Shown here: one piece after another, positions 57,896 to 64,000 of the stretch
Numbering within the stretch: the first letter of the stretch is position 1
Layout: every line of letters begins with the position of its first letter
Assembly (NCBI GenBank): GCA_963693365.1
Contig: CAVNZM010000004.1
Coordinates: 2,316,389-2,380,388, forward strand
Source of the DNA: Amoebidium appalachense
Lineage: Eukaryota > Protista > Ichthyosporea
Length of the DNA: 64,000 bases
Reading direction: 5' to 3'
Made by a program: the position numbers and the translations under genes
Notes under the pieces: generated by a model
The model's input: only the letters and a program-made list of their open reading frames with translations
Database searches by the model: none
Told to the model about the DNA's origin: nothing

Positions 57896-59464
57896 CTTCG
57901 TGACTGAAAGGACTGCCTTGATAACTATGGATGTTTGTGAGCGGGCGAACCTACCGGCATCACATGGCACATGCGTGATAGCCGAATAAATCACAACCAT
58001 GCACATCTCGTAGGGCACCCGATTGCATGGCCGGGGTGGAAAAGCAAACTTCTCATTGCGGTTGCAGGTGAATGTGCATGCACACGCGGCTGTGGAGGGC
58101 AGAGGGAGCCAATCAGGTGCATGTGTGTGGGAAAGGGGGTAGACGGAGGAGAGAGAGTGGGGGGTGGAAATGAGTGAGTGTGCTTGTCTATGAATGTGTG
58201 TGCGTGCTCGCTCACGCGCCCGTATGCACACATGGAGGAGAGAATGGAGGTAACAATATGGGCCACGTACCCCTCCGACTCCGTCATGACCTCCTTAATC
58301 ATAGCCGTGCGCTGGTCCTGTGTGCCGTAGACCAGACACTTCTCGACCACGTTGCTAGCAAACTTGTGCTGGCTCATCAGCAGCACGTGGCCCTTCATCC
58401 GTTCGATGATCTTGAACTTGTCCTCCGGCCGACCGTGCTCGAGCACGTGCTGGATCACATAGTTGCCGTATTGGTCCTGTGGTGGGTGGAAAAATATATG
58501 GTCAGGCTTTTAAAGTTGCAGGCGCGGGATCTTATGGTTGGAGTTTCAAAAGCAGCGTGCGCTCCCCCTCCCCCCCCCCCCCCCCCCCCACCACACACAC
58601 AGGCACCCCCATCCCCGACACGCAAAAAACTCAGAAAGCAACAGCAGCATTACACAAATACATGTGGATTCAGACACCAAACACTAACCGTCCATTAGAG
58701 TACATCATACGGCGGAAATGGACTAGGTATAGGTGTCTCTGCGCATTCCCTCACAGTCATAAGTGTGTGCCGGTGTGTATGCATGGAGAGTAGAAGGAGG
58801 GAGAGCAAATGGCATGCTGCATCGAGCACACAGAGCGCGAGTGGAGGGTTTTTCGTAAAGTGACACCAAAAGGACACAAACAGGTGTGTGTGTGTGTGTG
58901 TGTGTGTATTGGGGAGAGGAGTACAGCACACAGTGCTAAGTAGAAGACGTAACTGTGAAGCTGCAATACATGGATAATGGTTACAAACAGGCCGGTCTCC
59001 ATCTTGATCAATAACACGCACCGGTTTTGTAGTTCCCACACACGAAATATGCAGCATGAGTAGAGCCATACAAATTCACATCGGAAAACGAAATGCGAAC
59101 ATGCAAAAAAGTAAACAAACAAAATATGCAACATGCAGGGGGGGGGGGGTTGAATGCGTCATAAAGTACGAAGTACACAAGAACAAACGGATAACACGAT
59201 GCAGAATGCAAGCCATAAATAAAGAGTATGCAAATAAGCAGAGCCCATGGGCAAATACCTGGACGAGGTTGATGGCAAAGCGGTGCAGCTCCTCCAGAAT
59301 GGAGTTGACCTGCTTTTCGGAGCAGTGCTCTAGAATGCGCTGGATCACACGGCAGCCGTATGGGTGGGTCGACAGTGCACATACCTGAAGAAGAGAATGT
59401 GTCAGTTTAAATATCATGCTGTTGACGACAATGGTCCCCCTCTCCACCTCCCTTCTTCAAAGAT

Positions 59465-59516
<52 letters not shown>

Positions 59517-59683
59517 ACACCCACCCACCCACCCACAAGCATATACGTAAACTAGGACAACAGAGTTCCTCTCACCAACAGACAAATTCATAAACCGAGG
59601 CACCAAAGTTCCTCATGCTCATATGAATCCCCAGCTTCATCAACTCCCTGCACATGCTTTCCTCGTTTAGCCCACATCGTGAG

Positions 59684-59714
<31 letters not shown>

Positions 59715-59833
59715 AGCGCCAAAGCCTAAAACCCACCCATCCTAGCTGTCATCCCAACAAGGAAACAACCACCACTCTCGCAAGTATTCTGATACAAAAC
59801 ACAGGCGTTCGTCGGTAAGCGTGAAAGTCCCAA

Positions 59834-59865
<32 letters not shown>

Positions 59866-59907
59866 CCCGCTCTCCCGAGCATCATTCCTCCACAATTTTC
59901 GCAGGGG

Positions 59908-59938
<31 letters not shown>

Positions 59939-61140
59939 GCCTTACCTGGCCCGCAAACGAGTCGACGATGAACTGGATGGTGTCGCTGTCGATGGACTCG
60001 ATGCACTTCTGCACCACGTGGTTGCCGTTCTGGTCTTTGACACACCGCAGCACGTGCCCGTCTAGCTCCTTGACCAGCCGCACTTGCAGGTCCTGTGCAC
60101 AGAGCACAAAATTGTCAGTCACTGTGTAATGTGGTGCCGTACATGCCTTGGTAACACTCGTAAAACGTGCAAGTGCCACACCCAGTAAGTTTTGTGGGGC
60201 TCAACGGGTCGAGCAAGTGCCCCATTGAACACCCACGTCCATACCGCTGCCCCCCACCCCCCCCCCCTCCCCAGGCCATTTACCACCTCCCCCCCCCCCC
60301 CCCCCCCCCCCCTAACACAAACACGAAGTTTACCTTGTGGTCGGGGGGGATGGACTCGAGGGCCTTCTGGATGACCCTGCAGCCGTACATCTGCAGGGAC
60401 AGCTGCAGCACGTGGCCCTCGACCATCTGGCTCAGCGTGAGCCGCTGCTCAGCCGTGCCGTGCTCGAAGAACTTCTGGATCACGTAGTTCCCAAACACGT
60501 CCGTCATCAGCTGCAGAACCTCCGGCAGCATCTCTGTGCGTGAGAGGGGGAAAATGTGTGAGAAACAACTGTGTTGGTGGCTAGTGCAAAACATTGCGCG
60601 GACATACAACACTTTAAGGGTTACCGATAGAACATCGTTGTGCTGTAAGGAGGGAAAACATAACGAAAAGACCAGGAGGTCATCTGAGAATTATACTCCC
60701 CCCCCCCCAACCCCTTCCGTCCACTCATCCTAACACAACACAAATACCCACAACTACATAAAACCGTCTTGTTCCACCCTGTCCCAACAAGGGCGTGCAA
60801 CGGCGCCATCCGATTCGTCCCTCCTCTTCTTCAGTGGTTCTCCTTTCCCCTCAAAAAAAAAATAGACGATTGGAACCCGGAACGAGCATGCTCTTAGATG
60901 GACGCACAATAAAAGCCGTGTCATTCAGCTCAGTGCTTCGGTACACTCTTCCAATGTAGTGGGGGGGAAAGGGGCGAGGGGGGGAGGGGAGATGTGCATG
61001 CCCCATAGAGTAAAAAGTACAAAGTATAAAGTGCGCATTCACGACGAACAACACCATGGAGATTTTGCAAAACACACGCAAACAGCATGCACTATAAGCA
61101 GAGCCCATGCAAAGGCAGTGGCGGTTGTGGGTGGGTGGGT

Positions 61141-61174
<34 letters not shown>

Positions 61175-61981
61175 CAGTAGCAAGTAGAGTATACAGCAAG
61201 CAAACAGGGGCGCACCTTTAAAGACCAGCTCCTTGTCAGCATTGCTGGCCACCTCCAGCTTCTGCTGGATGAACCGTGACCCGTGCTGGTCGCTGGCAAA
61301 CTCAATCACATACCCGACTATGTCCGGCAGCTGCAGGTTGTGCCGCCTATTGTTTCTGAAATCCTCTAACAACTTACTGCGGGGTGGCCCATTTTCCACC
61401 GGTTTAAGAACGGGTGACCCGGGTGCCTGGCCGTAGCCGCCCAGGCGAGAGTGTGGGTGGTGTGGATCCCGGTCCCGGTGCATGTGGCCATTATCACGCA
61501 TATCCCGGTCACGCATATCACGCATATCCCGGTCACGATGATCTCTCATATCACGCAGGTCGCGGTCACGGTAGTCCCTTAAATCGCGCATGTCCCTCGT
61601 ATCTCTGTAGTCCCGCATATCACGCATATCCCTCATATCCCGGTCACGCAAATTACCGCTGCTACCGCTTAGAGACGAGCCACCGCGGGATGAAGGGCCG
61701 TAGTATTGGCCGCGTGCCGAGGGGCCATTAGGGCCCATGCGCTGGTTGCGGCTGCGCTCCTGCTGCATCAGGCGCAGACTCTGCATGACCTGGTACTGCT
61801 CCTCCGCACGCAGCTGCTGCTTGAAGCTGCCCCAGCTAGGGTTTGATAAGTGAGTGTACTGAAAGACCAGAATGCATGTACCATGCTGAATACTGCCCCC
61901 CCACCCCCCTCCACACACACAACACACACACGCACGAACATTCCGGCACATCCCCCCGTGCAAACGCAATCATGCAGGAAC

Positions 61982-62034
<53 letters not shown>

Positions 62035-62800
62035 ATAGTAACAGAACGAAATCACTACGGCCATGCATCTTGGAAATGTGCGATATTTTCATCATTTCGT
62101 TCTGTTGCCTTTCCAATGTTTCTACACCATAGCGAAACCATGTGCATTACACATGCTTGTACGCACGTGTGCATGTGCAATGCAGCATGCATGTGTGCGC
62201 AGCGCATATGCCGTGTCTGTGTCTCATGTGGCTTTCAACCACTGCAATGCAATGCATGTTTACCGTGACAAGTGTGTACGGGTTTAGTATGCTATACGTG
62301 CGTGAGCAGCCCCGCAATATACACACGTGCAAGCATGCAGCAAGTGCATGCATAAAGGCATGTGTCAAGAAAGCAAACAGAGAGAAGAACAAGACACATC
62401 CAAAACTGCCACACTGACGGGCTCGGAAACACAAAATCTGATACCCATAACATTATAACCCCAACATCGACACGACACCACAGTGCGCACGAGATAGCTA
62501 TCGCTAATCTAATTCTCCCCACTTTTGCACCTCAACAACCAACAGTACTGTTTGCAGTGCAATATGAGGCTACTTGCACGGTGGAGACACTTACTCGTTC
62601 ATGGACCGTGTGCGCTCTGCACGGTATCCACCACTCTCTCGTGGGCCGTAAGAGCCATGTGCAGGGGGCTGCAAGGATGCATGTTTGTTAGATGAAAGCC
62701 CTGTGAGCTGGAAGCCAAGAGCGTGGGGATAACATTCAGAAACGCGAAAAGGTTCGTAGATGACACATACGCGCACACACATACACACGGGGAGGGAGGG

Positions 62801-62887
<87 letters not shown>

Positions 62888-63878
62888 GGGGCAATGCAGA
62901 AAGAGTTATAGAGAGGAGGGGCGGATGTACGTCTACAGGCGTGTGCACGTCATGGCGTAAATATATAAACCCAGCATCATTCATACTCCACCATGCTGTC
63001 CTGCTAATCGATCATAATCGTGGCAACGACGGTTCATTCCCTGATCCACATTTCCTCAAATATGCCAAGGTCAGCCTTAAAAACCGTCTACTATCCAACA
63101 ATAGGCCAACATTAACGAACACACACCTTCCTCATGCCACCGCCCCCACCATAAGCCGCAGCAAGGTGGTGTTGGGGCAGTTGGTTTGTGGGCATGCTTG
63201 ACTGGCGGCCAAAGGGCGGTGCCCGTTGCTGGGGCCCATCCTGATCATCGTCCCAATAGACGTTGGGGGATGAGTGCACAAGACCCTCCCGGTAGCCCGC
63301 CATGCTGGCAATATGTGCTGTAACAAGCAGAGGGTTAGCTGATAGAATGGCTTTGCCACACGTCAAGTCCATCTCACGTAAGGCCTCCTCTTGCTCATTA
63401 TACATGCAGATAAAGACACAAATACACGCAAACAACAGTATGTACTTGAAAAGACATTGGCTAGATCTGCCCGTGAAAAACGGAGGGACAAAGAACTTGC
63501 ATACTGATGGCCACTCGGAATGCAAACATAATCCCAAGCCCACACCCTATCTACATACAGCAATTATCTTCTGTAAATGCGCCTCTTTCGACTCCACACG
63601 ACATCAATCTATACAAAGCAACACCAGAAGTATACAATGACGCTGTTATCATAAAAGCACAGATAGACAGACAAGCGCAATAACAAGCACATGCACGACA
63701 AACCTAAGCACACACAGTCTCGACACAGACGTACAAACACATTGAGTCAACTACCTTGCATGTGTCGAGGGATGGGTGGATCTGGGGCAGCCGAATAGAA
63801 GGCCTCTCGTTGCCTCTCAAGCTGGCGCTGTTTGGATATCCGGGCATCCATCATTTCCTCGTACATGTTACGAGACCC
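57487..63878 (-). CDS. PUM: Pumilio (PUM1/2-type PUF RNA-binding protein); 5' end lies beyond the window
   Basis: Exons (+ coordinates) 63755-63878, 63127-63317, 62595-62668, 61216 to about 61835, 60334-60533, 59946-60092, 59259-59384, 58271-58476, 57487-57730 are in frame. [12 protein letters not shown] is followed by eight PUF repeats ([72 protein letters not shown]) and YTYGKHIL. Confidence 0.96.
59150..59250 (-). mobile_element. Degraded terminal segment of the ~450-bp element (Pumilio intron)
   Basis: + strand poly-G|ttgaatgcg...agtacgaagtac...agtatgcaaataagcagagcccat matches the reverse complement of the element end. Confidence 0.65.
61010..61110 (-). mobile_element. Degraded fragment of the ~450-bp element (Pumilio intron)
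   Basis: aagtgcgcattcacgacgaa...caccatgg...ataagcagagcccat resembles aagtacgcatacacgacgagaagcatgg...ataagcagagcccat. Confidence 0.55.
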
Positions 63879-64000
63879 CTGCATAGTGTGCCCAGTTAGC
63901 TCGCACTAACGACAAACATACTCTCTCCTCAGGCCCCCCACCACACTACCTACACAGCTGCTTGACCATGGACAACAAACTGACCTCCATTCCTTCCCCC

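Overview
Eukaryotic, very intron-rich genomic DNA, probably from a unicellular opisthokont/holozoan-type protist (inference from gene content). Introns are packed with poly-G/poly-C, (CA)n/(GT)n and (GA)n tracts, so almost all entries in the ORF track are low-complexity artefacts. Manual splicing gives five protein genes: a 12-exon 3-hydroxyanthranilate 3,4-dioxygenase (HAAO) with two complete domains apparently fused in frame (+, 1110-11153); a 23-exon LIN9/ALWAYS EARLY gene with an N-terminal Myb/SANT domain (+, 13224-33540); an intronless LHFPL-family tetraspan gene (+, 35700-36488); the proteasome chaperone PSMD5 (-, 37666 to about 48.6 kb); and a Pumilio gene (-, 57487 to beyond the window) with two perfect Pumilio-response elements in its own likely 3' UTR. 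A spliced-looking + strand unit without a convincing ORF lies at about 49.4-57 kb. The most striking non-genic system is a ~450-bp non-coding, hairpin-rich element found at 8 loci. It forms head-to-tail, 5'-truncated arrays with a fixed 3' end (...CATTCAAA|poly-C), the intact copies sit in C-rich tracts, and all copies are sense to the host transcript. In one LIN9 intron it must supply the branch point. Also present are a TTAA-flanked 478-bp palindromic MITE and a poly(A)-tailed retroposon with a 12-bp target-site duplication.
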